A stretch of DNA of 64,000 nt from Setoptus koraiensis (Eukaryota; Animalia; Arthropoda), in NCBI GenBank assembly GCA_048013815.1, contig CM106586.1, positions 19,716,001 through 19,780,000 on the forward strand. Direction: 5' to 3'. Each line of letters opens with the position of its first letter. Position 1 is the first letter of the stretch. Below are positions 10,310-25,100 of this stretch, one piece after another. Position numbers and translations under genes: made by a program. Below the pieces are notes generated by a model. It was not told the DNA's origin. It ran no database searches and saw only the letters and a program-made list of their open reading frames with translations.

Positions 10310-13300
10310 GATGAGGCTAGATTTGTTGATTGTCTAGCAGGGTTTGAGTGTTTGTATTGATGTCTACACGGTGCTGCACGGCTGGCCCCTGAGTGGATAT
10401 TTTTTCTTTCTAGAATCTGGCGAATTGGCACGAAATATGCTATTAATATTACTACTATATATGGCGCTTGATATTGATATGATTGCGGCCGCCAATAAAT
10501 CTCATCGGATCAGATGAACGAGCCGACCAGTGTGTGATTTCTCTATTGGTTACTCTATCGATTTACTTACTGTTCAGTGTGATTTTGATATTGAGTGCAA
10601 TATGATTGTGGCACCAAATGGTCACAACTAGTGGCGAGTTTGTCAGATTAAAACTAATGGAAATCTTGCACACTTATAGAAACTGTTGAGCCGACAATTG
10701 TTTGATTGTTGTTGAATTGATACAAAAAAAGTGCACACCAAAAGCTTTATATAGTGACCATAAAAAAGCTGGTCGCCACAGTGTGTTAACATGCCTCGTG
10801 CAAGATCACTCAAGGAACAAAGCAATAGGTTTTAGTTGCAAACAAGCAAGCAGCCAGAAATTTAGAGATTTATCGGGAACAACCAGCCAGTAGAGGTCAA
10901 GTTGACATTGGCCAAGAAACGTTACGTTGTTATGTTATGGCTGCCACTGGAAACCTGTCCACAGCATACATACACAAAGCTAAAATGGGCGCCTGTGTTG
11001 ATGCTTGAATAGTTTTGCAGGTTGACAAAAATAGACAGCGGAGCGACAGTGGCAGCGGCTAGTGGCAAGACAGCAGATATTTGCAGCAAATATCAGTGAC
11101 AATATTGTCTGTTGTTGTTGTTGTTGTTTATTACGGATAAAATTCGCACGAAGGAAGGAGCCATGGTTGGCAGTGCCGAGAAACGAGCGCCGCACTCGAT
11201 TGGCGTCGCTGTTGTCCCGGCGAGCAGAGACAGAGAGTGGCGTTTGTCATGATTTGCATGATCAACACAGAAGCGGAAGTCAAGGTACTCTAAGCAAAGC
11301 TATTAGCATACTATTAGCCGACACTAATTGAGATAGCAGCCTAATGGCAGTAATGTGAGCCCGATAGTTGCCACAACTACCTGTTGGTGTGCCACCGGCA
11401 ACAGGTAGTTTTGGCTGCTTTCGACTGGCTGCTTTTGACTGGCTGGCGCTTCTTGCTGCCGAACGCAATTCGGCCGGTCTGCGTGCCAATTGCGTATCCT
11501 CCAATGGCCCCAAACTGTCTACTTGCCGGTAGCGGCCGGGCGAGCGAGCGAGCGACCAGGCATGCGAAGAATTGTCGATAATTCTCGAGAAAGTGATAAT
11601 TTCCCCAGAAATTGTCAGCTTACACAGACTGTGCAACACAGACTGTGTAGTCAGCAGCCAGCTAACATGACAGGTGAGCTGCTAATGGGCAGCTAGTGGA
11701 ATTAATTAATTGAGATAGCAAATTATTGATAGAGAGATAAGAGAGCTGACGCTAGAGAGATAACTGATTGCTGGCGCTGCTATTTGTGTCTGTGCGCCAT
11801 TTTGCTGTTGCAAAGTTTAGCCCCCGGTGTGGCCACTTGTGTGGATAAATTGATAATTTCCGCTTGACACAAATAAGCGCTACACAAAGAGAAATACAAA
11901 GAGACCATTCTGACACTATTTTGAGCATGATGATTATCGCGAAGCGGACAAGTCGGCGACACGCTGTTGTCGTCTGTGTCCGTTGTTTACATTTGCTTGC
12001 ATTATTTGAAGAGATTGAATGGTCGCTGGCAGCCAATTGAATGGAGTAATTAAATTAAGAGGACCGAGATTAGCGCCACTGTTGGCGTTTAACTGTTTTG
12101 CGCTGTTGTCTCGCAAGTGGCCAGTTACGCTGGACAGTGTCCAGTGGCTGTCGCGTAAGTGCCGCTGAACGTTAATGCCGGCCACTTGACAGGATGCAAG
12201 TGCTTCAGTTGCAGTAAATCAATCTTGTTCACCTGTTGAGCTGTTGTGCACCGGCAGCCCAACAGACGGCATCAAACAGACAAACGGTTAGTTGGGCAAG
12301 TGAAAATGATGGCGGCACAAAGGGGCTGTTGATACAATTTCGCAGTCTGGAATTATGCAGTCATTAAGTTTTGGCGCGCGCCAGTGCATTTGCGAGCCAA
12401 CTTTGCGAGCCAACTTTGTGAGCCAACCCTGCGAGCCAACTCTGCGAGCCAACGGGACAGGTTACCTGAGAGGCTCTCATCGTTGTTATCGTTGCTGTTA
12501 GTGCGATTGTGAAGGGGTCAGTGATAATAATGACGATAATGATAATAATGATAAAACAACAACAACGGCAACATGTATCCATGTTAAGTTAGTTAAGTGG
12601 CCACTGGCGAGTGTGATTAATTGTAGTGGACAGGCCATTTTTAGCAGCGGCGACGGCCAGTTGCCAGTTCATGTAACGGATAGGCTGATTTGGCTCAATT
12701 CGGAGCAACAGTGTTGCCGCTTCTGACCAGCATCAACAACTGTGCAACTGTGATTGTTTGAGTGGTTGCATTGTCGCTAGTTGTCGCTGTCACTGTTGTC
12801 GCCGTCACTGTTGTCGCCGTCACTGTTGTCGCCGGCACAAGCGAGCAATCGCAAACAACAAACATCGCTCACTGCGCTCATGTGGCCCGTCTCACCTGAC
12901 TCACCTGTGCGCCAAGCTGGCTGTCGGATGCCTAGGCGACTAGACAAAGCCTGTGTGTCTCGATTAGGCGCAACAAGTGCTCAGTTAGATTGAATTAGAG
13001 TGACCGTTAGAAACAGTTGGAAACCGTCAGAAAGAGTCAGAAATGGCGATGCTTAAAATAGCCGCCGTTGTGCAAAGCTGACCGATGTGTGTGCGCAATT
13101 AAATGATTGCGATCGCGCCATAAACACGAATGGAGCGATTGTCACTTTCACTTGCTGTTGGCCGCTTGTTCGGCCACTCGACAGTGTTCAGCTGGTCAGT
13201 GCGATGGTCAGATCTCTGTTTTGTTCAGCTGGTCAGCATTATGTTGGCTGTGATTGGCGTGATTATCAATTATGACAATAAACTTTTCTCTGTGAGCGCG

Positions 13301-15890
13301 ATCCGCACCATGAGCTTGTTAGTTGGCTGATGCACTCTCTTTACTAAATATTTAAACGCTTTTCACTAAATATTAGCCTGTGTATGAGCGTTATCATGTC
13401 GACTTTCTCATGCGAGTTAGCCGAGCCGCCCGGTCAACAGGGAACTGATGTCAGCTGATGTTAGCTGATGCTAACTGATGAGGTGACCATATGACTCATG
13501 ATATGAGTCATGATATGAGATCACACACACGAGATATGTCTGATAAACATATGATAGTTACATCACAATTCACAATGGAGTCGCAGCAGTTGTGAGACAA
13601 ACAAACAACGCCGCTCAGCTGCTGGCCGGCGTTTCTGGGTCGCCGGTTGGCTCGTTGGGCACTTTCTCAATTTGTGGAGCGTTTATCTGCGTGAAATAGA
13701 TTCACCTGGCGGCCGTAACAGTTGGCTGTTGGCGCGGCTCGCCAATCTCGCCAAACCAACCGGATCTAGACCGATCCATCTGGCCACTCTGGCCGATGCC
13801 GGCCGACTGCGATTTGCCGACGCGGCGCTGTCCGACTGCCACTCAACATGATGCGGCATTATGAAATATGTTTGCAATGAATCGGCCTGAGGTGGCGCCC
13901 GTTAGGCCGTGACTGGTCGGCGGCTCGCATCGCCTCGTCCATCCCAATACATAATCCATCTCAATACATGCCATTGAGCAATGATAACGGTCTGGCCTGC
14001 CACTGCTAGGTTGCAGTGGGCCGACCAATGAATTGTCAGTTGGCCGCCAGTTGGCCGGGTTGGTGGTCAGCGAGGCGCACAACACAACGGCCAGCGCCGT
14101 AATCATGATGTGATCATGATGTGATCATGAGGCGATCATGAGGCGATCATGAGGCGATCACAAGGCGATCATAAGGTGAGCGCAACAGGCCGCGATGCCG
14201 ACGCAAACCGCTAGACGCAAATACAAACACAAATATAAATACAAACCAGCCGACAGGTGCATTGTAGCAACCGTTGGACAACAACAACAACAACAACCGC
14301 AGCACCAACGAAAGCAACAACAACAACGTGACGCCGCTGTTGTCTAATATTGCGCCGGCCGGCCAAATATTAGACAACCGATGCGCCGATTAATCACGCC
14401 GAGCGCCGGCTGGCCGGCAATGATTGCGTTTGTGCGCTAATCTCCCACGAATCCTATCCGACAGCGTCCAGCGGACCTATCCAACAGCGTCCAGTGGAAC
14501 CCGGCCGCATCCAGCGGCATCCCGCAGCAGCAGTGGCCACTTTCTTGGCACTGAGCGAGCCCAGTGGCGGGCTCCAGGGGGCAGACGGAGTGCGTGAACA
14601 GCTTATTACGGGCCGGCCGGCCGGCCGCCATAAACATACCCGTCGCCCGTCTGGCCAACTTTCCACTGCGAGCGCCGTGATTTGCCCGTGTGTGTGTGTG
14701 TCTTGGCAATTGCAAGTTGGCCATTCCAACGAGCGCCAGCGAGTGTGATTTTGTTTGATTTGCTGCCCGTCCGTCCGAGCGTTCGCATTCGTGTGGCCGG
14801 CCGTCCGGTCGGCGGAGGCTCGCCGGGCCGGGCTCGCCGAGCCACCGGCCAACCGAGCCACCGGCCAACCGAGCCACTGGCCAACCGAGCCACCGGCCAA
14901 TCATGAGAATCACGCATAGCATGGCATGGGCATTATTGTGTGGCGAGCGGCGCTTCGAGAAGCTCCGAGAGTCTTATTAAAAGGACGGGCGTCGATAATA
15001 ATTGATTTGATGAACTCTGGCCGCTGATGAGCAGCAACACATTTGCCTCGTCGTCTTCATCAGGCCGCTCCATTCAAGCGAGCGGCGTGCGGATAATTCT
15101 AAGTTTAGAGAATTTGCGTGCCTGCCGACCGGCCGACTGGCCGGCGAGCTCATTGCGGGCTCGCCGCTCGGCTGGCTCCGCGACTCGCTTGCCGCCGCCC
15201 GACTGACCGAGCCCGCAATGAGCCGGCCAGCCTGGCGCTGCTGGCCGCTGCTAACTGATGCCGGCCGCTGCCGGCTGATGCCGGCCGATGCTGGCTGATG
15301 GATCGGCGACGAAGCGTTCCGCTGCCCGTTAGCATAAGCCCGTAACCGCCGAGCGCCGATCGCCGAGCGAGCGCCGGCAACAGGTGAACCCTGCGTCGAG
15401 CATGTTGTGTGATGGACAGTGATTGACCGTTACTTTCTCCCTCTCTCCTGTCGCTTCTTCTCTGCAGTCTCGGCGTGTTCGCCGCGGCGCCGCTCTCCGC
15501 TGGCCGCAACCGTGTCGACAAAAGAGCGCTCGTCATCTGCCAACAGCAACAACAACAGCAACAACAACGACAGCAACAACGACGGCAACAACAGCAACAG
15601 CAACAACGGCAACAGCAACAGCGGCAACAGTGTGCAGTGACCGGCCAAAGAGCCAGTGGTTGTGGCCAATGGCCTAGGGCCAACGAAAGCGCTCGCCGCT
15701 CGGGTACAATGGCCAGCCGACAACGGCCGCCGACAGCGGCCGACAACGCAACAAGTGGGATAATCATCATGATGAGACGCCGATGATTGCTCGCCGGGCT
15801 GCCGCCGAAAGTGAGCCGGCCGCTTGCACTCGGGCCGCGCTCGTTGGCTCATTTGCTCGGCGGCTCGTCTGGCCAGCCAACTGCAAATGC

Positions 15891-16000
15891 AAACTGCGGC
15901 AAACTGCGGCAAACTGCGGCAAACTGCGGCAAACTGCGGCAAACTGCGGCAAACTGCGGCAAACTGCCGCCAACTGCCGCCAACTGCCGCCAACTGCCGC
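15891..16000. repeat. 10-nt tandem minisatellite AAACTGCGGC x7 grading into (C/A)AACTGCCGC x4
   Basis: Directly visible; 11 consecutive 10-nt units. Confidence 0.95.
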
Positions 16001-16250
16001 AAACTCGAGCTTCGCGCCGCCAGCCACCAGTTAATCTCTCTATTACGAAATTACGGCATCACAATGGCCGCATTCACGCCACCGTCTATCGCCACTTGAT
16101 TATTATTATGTAACTCGCGAGTGAGTGTTGCGCTCGGCGCTTGCCAAACGCTTGCGAGCGGCCAATATTAAATGAGCGAGCGACCAATGATAATCACACA
16201 TTCGTGCCACATTATTCGCCGCCAATGCCACTCTCGGCGGTTCGCCGTCA

Positions 16251-16334
16251 GCGTCGTTGATTCGGCGTCGTTGATTCGGCGTCGTTGATTCGGCGTCGTT
16301 GATTCGGCGTCGTTGACTCGGCGTCGCTGATTCG
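16251..16334. repeat. 14-nt tandem repeat GCGTCGTTGATTCG x6
   Basis: Directly visible; the last two units each carry a single substitution. Confidence 0.9.
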
Positions 16335-18463
16335 ACGAGTCGGCGATTCTGCGAGTCAGAAGCTCTCCGCTCGCCGGTCTGTGGTCGCGCTCGCCCGACT
16401 CCGCTCGCCGGACCCTTCTCGCCACAAGGTAGCGCCAAAACTGGCGCTAGAAGCGGCCAACCGCGCACAGCGAGCCCGTCGGTCAGTTGTGCGCTAGGCC
16501 CGTTGTCCGGTCGGCCCGTTGTCCGGTCGGCCGCTCGGCGCAAGCCGCAACCGCACCGAGCGAGGTCACGCTGGCGCGGCCCGCAGAGGCGACTCCGATC
16601 GAGAGATCGGCCGCTAATGAGCGGCGCGCCGACGGCTAGTTGAGCGCAGCACTGTCAGCGAGCCATTGACACACGATGACAGCGACACACGATGACAGCG
16701 ACACACACACACCTGATGACAGCACAGGTAAGGTGACACTATTGTTGTCAGTGTGAGTGTGCGGTCAGCTGACCGCCACAAGTGGATCAAGTGGCATCAC
16801 CGTTTGCGTTGTGTGTTATCGGTCAGATGCAATCGGAGCACCACTGACCGATGATAAGTTTGGCTCTGCTTGCTCTCAGTCAGTGTTTGTCAGTGTGCCA
16901 TGGAGCTTGCCAGCGAGCTTGCCAGCGAGCTTGCCGGCGAGCTTGCCAGCGACACACACACACAAACTGGCGCACACTCAGCGAGCTTAATGAACGGGCC
17001 ACGCATGCCCGCGATCCAAATATGTTGTTGTCGACTTGTTGTTGTTACGCAATAAGAATATATTACGCAATAGACAACCAATAATGGCGACCGTTACGGC
17101 AAACATTGTGCAACGATGCGCCGGACAGCGATGCGATTATCCGGCCGCCTGGGCGATTATCCAGTGCGCGCATTCACTGTGCCGGCCCGACCGACAGCCG
17201 ATAATGTAATGCACAACACATTATATATAACACATTATATATTACATAATATATAACACATTATATTTGGCATGCAGTATAACTGGTATGCAAACAACAA
17301 TGTAGGTTACCGGCCAGATGCTTATATCCGTCGGCGGCCGGCGGCCGGCCGACGCAAGGCCAACGGAACCCATTGGCGCATTCCATTAGCGGGCACTGGC
17401 ATTTGGCAGTGGCAGACGGGCAGACGGGCCGACAAACAAACGGCAAACAGGCGGACGGACGGACGGACGGACGCTCGTTTAAATGGCGTATTAATTTGGC
17501 GTTATGCTCACATTATGGCCAGTCTAATTTAGAATTCAATTTGGTGGTCAAGTTTACGCCGGCAACTGGCCGGCTGAGCGTCGCTGCAACAACGGCAACC
17601 AGTGGGCAGGCTGTATCAATTAATTGGCCGCTGGACAATTGCCGCTGAATTGCGCCGATCTAAATGTAAACAGCGCCATGTTTCAGCGCTTCGGCCGGCC
17701 GCTATTCGCTGCTCGCTGCTCGCCGCTCTCTGCTCGCCATTCGGACTCGCGGACAGCGGACGGCGAGCAGCGGACGGCGGCTAGCGAGTTGCCAATGGTC
17801 AGCACCGAATGAAGAGCAGCGGATGGCGAGCAGAGAGAGAGAGAGAGGAATAATTAGCCGAGTTGTTGTCTGGCTGTTGATTACATAAACAGCGCACGGC
17901 CGGCTCATGACTGACAGTGGGCGAGCGAGGGATCATTTTTCATTGGTGCAACGGCGAACGCTCTTGTTTCAATGGCTCTCTCACCTGTGCGATTTGGCGC
18001 ATTTGGCATTTGGTGGCCGTTAGTCGGTGCACTGGCAACCATGCAACAACCACCCATCAGCTGACCGGCCGGCCGGCCGGCCCAGTAACTTTGCTGGCTT
18101 GCGCCATTACGTAACGTTATCAGTTATCGGACGGTGTTGGCCGTGATGAGCATGGGCAAACATAAATCAAGTGTCCACCGTTATCGGGCGACGGGCATAA
18201 CCGGGCCGACTGCAACCGAGCCACCGATCGAGACCGAGCGACCGATCGAAAGCGAGCGAGCGATTGAGACCGAGCGAGCGATCGAAAGCGAGCGAGCAAT
18301 TGAATCGCAGTGAATTGAATCGGCGAAATGTGCCGAACGATCAATAATCGCACAGTTTAGCACGGTCGCCCTTGTTTATTGTCGAGTCACCGAGAATGTC
18401 GAGTCGCCCCTCTCGGCGCGGCATCGTGCGCATCGTCTCGCATAACTCGTTATAAGCCGCATA

Positions 18464-18510
18464 ATGCATTACGTAAGTAATGCGTTACGTAAGTGATGCA
18501 TTACGTAAGA
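18464..18510. promoter_or_regulatory. Triple TTACGTAA (PAR/vrille-type bZIP consensus) at a 16-nt period
   Basis: Exact TTACGTAA at 18469, 18485 and 18501. RTTAYGTAAY is the established PAR-bZIP/E4BP4 site. Function is inferred. Confidence 0.5.
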
Positions 18511-21500
18511 GTGTGTGTGTGTGTAAGGCGCGGATTATATAATATATTGCGCCTGCGTTGCATAACGTCATCATGTTATTAACATGTGATACCGGCAATT
18601 GATGGATGGCAATCGGTTGGCGCCGGTGACGCTCGGGCCGCGTCTGTTGCCAACAACGAAAACGGCACATGAGTCATGACCTAGCTCGGTAATAAGCCGC
18701 CGATAATAATGGAGAGCAATAATTAAATACTCTCCGGCTGCAAGCCGGCTGATATTAATATAATATATGGCGTATAATGTGCAATATATATTATATAATA
18801 TATATTATATAATATATATTACGTATGTAGTATTAATAGCGCAGCGTGGGTAGGCGCTTCTCCTGGCCGCCGGTCGCCGTTTGCAGTTTTGTTGAGACGG
18901 GCTCGCTGGCCGGCCGCTCCGCTCCGCTGAAACAAAGCCGATGCGGCCGAACTGATCAGGCGAGCACAACAACAACAACAACAGCGCCGGCAGCAACAAC
19001 AGCAACAACAACAGCAACAACGGCAACAACAGGTGCATTTGCATATGCAGATGGGCGCACTGATTGGCCGGTCAGTCGGTCGAGGCAACGGCGCGCACTC
19101 GACTGGCGGCGGCGAATATGGAGCACGGTCAGCTAAGTCAACAGCGCCGGCAGCGCCACCAGTTTATCGTCTCTAAGGATGTTGAGCTATTTAGAGGTCG
19201 CCACTCTGCTCCCAGCAACAACAGCGGCAACAACAACAACAACGGCGGCAACAGCAACAACGGCGGCAACAGCAACAACGGCGGCAACAGCAACAACGGC
19301 GGCAACAGCAACAACGGCGGCAACAACAGCAACAACAACAGCAGCAAGCGCATTTGCATGGGCCGCTGGCTGGACGGTGCAAGTGCGAGTGGTCACTGGC
19401 ATGGCAACTCTTTGCTTGTTTGTGTTGCGATTGCGCAATAATTGTGTGCGATACGCCGGGCCACAATCGCGTCTGACAATGCGATGAGATGACGCAATAC
19501 AAGCCTCATATGAGCAGCACATGTGAGCACTATGGACACTACGAACAATATGAGCACTACGAACAATATGAGCAATATGAACAATATGAGCAATATGAGC
19601 CAGAGTATAAATAAATGCAAGATATAAAATGTGCGCAATTAAAGCGCTCGAATGGCCGAATGGCAATCGAATTAGCGCTGGCAAATGTCGCTTGGCGGCT
19701 CGCTTGGCGGCACGATAATTGTGCTGCGTAAACATTAGGTAAATATTGTGCAAACATAACACACAGATACATGCAGATTATCATTGTTATTGCTATTATT
19801 ACCTGCACAGTTGGCGCATCCCGGCGCATTGTGGCGCATTGTGGCGACGACAACAAGCGCCACTAATAATAGACGGGCCGAGATATGATTACAGGTTGCT
19901 TATGGCCAACGGAGCCAGCACAAGCCAGCAACAAGTGGCGACTAAGCGACCAACAAGTGCACTGGACACTCCAGCCAGTTAGCCAGTTAGCCAGTTAGCC
20001 AGTTAGCCAGCCTGTTGGCCGGCCAGCGAAGCTGGTGGGCGCATTAGCTAAGCTAATATTGGCTCAACTGTCCGTCGCGGCGGCTTCGGCCGCCCGTCCA
20101 ACTGCCAATGGCGGCCAGAGCATTGTCTGCCGGCGAGGCCAGCCCAATCTCGATTGCGCTGCTGCCAGACAATTGTCGACAAGAGGCCCATTGTGCCGAG
20201 CAAACATAGCCCCATTCAACTTATACGACCGCTCCGAACAGTCGTGTGCTCGCCGGCGCCGCTCACTTTTGCTGGTCGACCGTTTACCCGACCGTTTACC
20301 CGTCCGTTTGCCCGTCCATTTGCCCGACCGTTTGCCCGTCCGTTTGCCCGTCCATTGATCCGTTCGTTTGTCCGTTCACTTGTCCGCAGCGCGCACACTC
20401 GCCGGCCGTGTCCGGCGGGCTCTCTCGCGAGCCTCTCACAAGAGCCCTCGTGTGGCGGCTCAACACGGCGCAACAATTCATATATACATTACGTAATATC
20501 ATATAATGTAATATCATATAATGTTGTATTATAAAATGTTATATTACATAATATTGTGTGCGTCAAGCGGCCACTCTCGAGCGAGCCCGCATAAGCTTGT
20601 TTGGCCGCGCCGCTGGCGAGCCGCAGCGGCTGGCGGCTGGCGAGCTGCAGCGAACGAGCCGTCGGCGGCGAGCGAGCACGCAGGCGTTGCGGGCAACGGT
20701 CAACAGCAACGGTCAGCAGCAACGGTCAACAGCAACGGTCAACAGTAACGGTCAGCAGCAACGGTCAATAGTAACGGTCACTAATAACGGCGCGGCGCAG
20801 CGCTAAAGCCGCTAACTGGCCAGACTGATTAAAGTGAATGAATTGGGCAGCGAGCGAGCAAGTCGGATACTGTTGGCATACTGACTCGCTGCTCACACTG
20901 AGCCTCATGCGAGCCTATGCGAATGCGAATCGGCAGCGGGCTAAAAATAGCCACTGGCCAGCCGGCCAGCTTGCTGTGGCTAATTCTTCTCTTTCTTCTC
21001 CTTGTTCAGCCTCAATCCGTGTCCCGAAGCTACGGCTCGGCTCGACAGCGATCGCTCGCTTATTTAGTTAACTGCTTATCCAGTTATCCCGTTATGTGCG
21101 CTGTCCAGCCGTCTCGTTACCGCTGCTCCTGGGCTGTCCGTTCGTTTGTCCGTCCGTCCGTCCGTTTGTTCGTTTGTCCGTCTTCGCTCCGTCTTCACTC
21201 TGGCGCCGCTCGGTCTCCGCACTGGCGCCGCTCGGTCTCCGCACCGGCGCCGCTCCGGCTGCGCTCGCTGGCCGCGCCGAGCCACTGGACCAGCCAGCGG
21301 TGGATGCCAGCGACGTTGGAGCAGCGAGCCAAAGTGCACAGATACACAGCTACAGTTGCGGCCGCGGCGGTCCGAGCGGAGCGATCCGGACCGCAGCGGT
21401 CAGCCGACGGGAGTCGGCCGATCGGAGCGGCGCCAATGTGAGCCGACGCAAGTCGCCGTGAGCCGACGCAAGTCGACGTGAGCCGGCGTGAGCCGATGCG

Positions 21501-22138
21501 AGACTCGCTTCGGCCACTTGCAACAGGTTGCCACAAAAAGGGGAAAGCCCCTATATCCTTCCTGACGAGCAGGCGAGAAGGCGAAACGGCGAAAAGAAAC
21601 GGCGAACAGAAACGGCGAAAAGAGACGGCGAAAAGAGACGCCGAAAAGAAACGGCGAAAAGAATTTGCGGCCATTGTGAAAGCAGCAGCGAGATGCAGCC
21701 CGGCATCGTTTCGAACCGGACTCTCGCTAATCACAGTTAATCACAGCCGAGCGCCGAGCGAGCACACTCACCTGGCCAGCTCCGATCACCTGTCAGTCGG
21801 ACAGTCGCACCGTCGCACCGTCCAATTGAGAGTCACTCACTCGCAGGCAGCAGCACCGCGTGCACCCTGCAACTTGCATCTCATTGCGTCACCATTGCCA
21901 GTCACCATCGCCACTCGCCTCTGCCAGTCGCCATTACGTAACCATTGCATCACCGCTCGCACTCATCAAGCAAGTCGATAATCAAGAATAAAAGTCGATA
22001 ATCGAGAGCAAAAGTCAACAATTGAGCGCGAAAAGCCAAAATTCAAGCGCAAACAGCCAACGATTGAGCGCAAACAATCCGAGACAAAACAATTAAATCC
22101 AATAGTTAGCAAGATCGTCCGCACCAGCACCAGCAGCA

Positions 22139-25100
22139 ATGTCCAGCCTCCGCAGGTGCCCCGTGGCCGCGCTGTCGGCGGGCGCCCGACACCCGAGCCA
22201 GGCCGGCGACAAGTGTCAGACGCGGTCAGATTGTTGTCAGCGACACTTGGCCGCCCCCACGAACACACTTGACATATCCACCTCGACACAACAATGCCGA
22301 TATCACACGACATGGCGCGACATGCGGCCCCAATTGGGGCACCGTTGCAACAAGCAAACAAAACTACAACAACTCAGCAACTATCCACTCAGCCGAGCTT
22401 GCACAAGTCGGCCCAACGGCGGCGCCGCCACCAATCATAGAAGCCGGCCCGCGCTGCTACTCTCAATCGGTGTCATAATTGCCTGCTGTGTGACAATTGG
22501 CGCCGCCGACCCGTCGAGCGGCCCCATGTCGAAAGCGGCCAGCGCCGGCCCGCACGACGGCTCCTCGGCTGCGGCCCCCCATTCGACGACACCAGCGCCA
22601 TTGCCGACCACACTGGCCACAGTGGCGCCACCACATCCGGCGGAAGCCGGCAAGCAGCAGCAGCAGCAGGACAAGGCGGCCAGCCGGCAGCACGCCACTC
22701 AGCCAACCGTTGACAGACAAATTCAGGCGCCCTCTAACGGCGCCGAGCAGCCAAGCCCGAAACAACAAACCACGGATCACAGCGCCACCAAGAAGCTGCT
22801 GCAGCAACAACAACAACAGCAGCAGTACCACAAGAAACAGCAGCAAGTGGCCGCCAATCTCGCCAAAAAGTCCCATCTGGCCAGCCAGGCCGGCCAGGGC
22901 AAGCCGTCCGCGGCGGGCGCCCCCAAGCCGCATCAGCACCATCATCACCAGGAGGAGCCCGCGGCGGACAGCGGCGCGCTATCGGCGGCGTCGGGCGTCC
23001 GCGAGCGGCAAATGTCGTCGCCGGCCGAGCCGTCGGGCAAGTCCGCGGCCGCCGGCGAGCCGGCTGACCAAGCCGCGGCGGCGGCAACGGACAAGGCGCC
23101 ATTTGTGGCGAAAGCGGCCACGCACACTCAGGCCACAAATGGGTATCATCAGCAGCACAAGTCATCGTCACTCAGAAAGTTCCTACCGTCGTTTTTATCC
23201 TCGCCATCGGCGCCCTCTACGGCGCACAACTCAAACCACAACAGCAACAACCGACAGCAGGTCCGCTCCAGCGCGGGCCTGGCCTCGTCGCTCATCAGCT
23301 CGGCCGCGGGCTCGCTCAGGAACCCATTCAAGGCGTCCGCCTCGACGCCGCTCAACGGCATAGCCAAGGCCTCGTCCGGCCCGGCGCCCTACTTTGTGCG
23401 CAAGTCCGGCGTTGACCGGCAGAGCGGCGGACTGGCCGCCTCGCTGCTGTCCAACCCGTTCGGTTTGGGCATGCTCTTTGCAGCGCCCTCTATCCTGCCC
23501 TCGCTCATTCTCACCCCGCTGGCGCTGGCCGGTCTCAGTCCGGCCATGTCGGCCATCAACAATTTCTTTGGCGACGACGACGAAACTCCGGCCGCCGGCG
23601 CCGCATCGTCTACCGGCGGCTCCTCTGGCGGTGGACCGCTGAGCGCCCTGGCATCGGGCAATTCGCCCTTCGCTCAATTCCTACAATCGGCGGGCGGTTC
23701 CAGCGCTCTGTCGTCGTCCAGTGGCGGCGCCAGTGGCGACAATGCGCCCTCGCGGGCACAAAAATTTGCCGCTCAGGCCATGCAAACACTCTTGGGTCCG
23801 CCAACAAACACGGAGAAGCCCCTATTTAATCCGGGCATGTTTGCCAACAGCCAGGGCATAGGCAACGCAATCGGGTCCCTGTCATCGGGCAGCGGCGGTT
23901 CGTCGGGCGGTGCGGGCTCGTCGTCGAGCGCCACCGGCTCGTCGTCGTCCAGTTCGTCTTCGTCGTCGCCCATGCGAAACCTGTTCAATGGCAACTTTAT
24001 GCAAGCGGCCGCCAGCGTCATTTCGCCAACGTTTGCCGCGCCCCCGTCGCTGAACTCGGGACCCGGTTCCGGCTCGCAGTCGTCAGGTGAGTTCATCAGC
24101 ACTAATTAACTAATTAGCTCATCAACCGATCAACTGATCAGCTGATCAACTAACCTATTGATCAGTAAACTAATTGACCGATTAACTAATTGACCTATCA
24201 ACTGATTGACATTCGCACACCAACGAACCATTCCGCTAATCGCGCAGGCTCCGACGAGGACTCTGGCCTCATGCAAATGGCCTCGAACGTCTTCGACAAA
24301 ATGGCCAGCTACATGTCGCCGGAAAAGGACACGCCCGCTCAGGCTTCCGGAAGTTCATCGGTGGCGGGCTCGTCTGCGGGACCAACGTCGACGCTGTCCG
24401 CTCTGGCCAGCCTATCGTCCATGTCGCCGTTCCAGCTGACCTCGTTGCTCATGTCGGGCAATCCCGGACCAACGGGCGCCGGCTCTAGCTCGTCGTCGAG
24501 CTCGCCGGCCGCCTCTTCGTCGGCCGGCTCGGGCTCATCGCGGGCCGGTTTTCTGTCGACACTGAAGAGCATGTACGAGCTGTTTAGCTCCAGCTTGAGA
24601 CGCCAGGAGGTGCAAACGGGCGTGGCCGCCAATGGTCAAAACAATGGCGAAAACAACGAATGTCAGCAACGGTTGATATGCGAATTGCACCAAAAGGCCA
24701 TGAACAATAAATTTGTGCGCCGATCCATTCAATCAAACATAATGGAATTTATCCATCAGAACAGCGACTCTAAATTGATGCAACAATTGCAACAGCAATA
24801 CGCGCAACAACAGGCCCTCAGTCAGCCCAATGTGCCCATAACGGCGCAATCGATTCAGGCTCGCGTCGACCAAGACGCCAAGTCTTATTTGGAGGATTTC
24901 TTCAAGGCAACCCGGCAGATAAATGGAGGCGAGCCCATTAATTGTAGCGCAATGTTCACAAAGTGCACCTCGAGCGCCCTGTTGTCGGCCGCCGTTCAGA
25001 TGGACCCCGCGGTCAACAACAAGGCCATGAGCAAATTCTCTAGCTTGATGAAGAAGATGCGCTTCAAGTCGTCGCAACAACAACAGCAACATTGGAAGGG

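Noticed and set aside
10643-22000. Many 60-200 aa ORFs in the GC-rich intergenic region (and likewise at 57-64 kb)
   Set aside because: Overlapping ORFs in all frames are produced by tandem repeats and low stop density; there is no codon or domain coherence and no consistent splice pattern.
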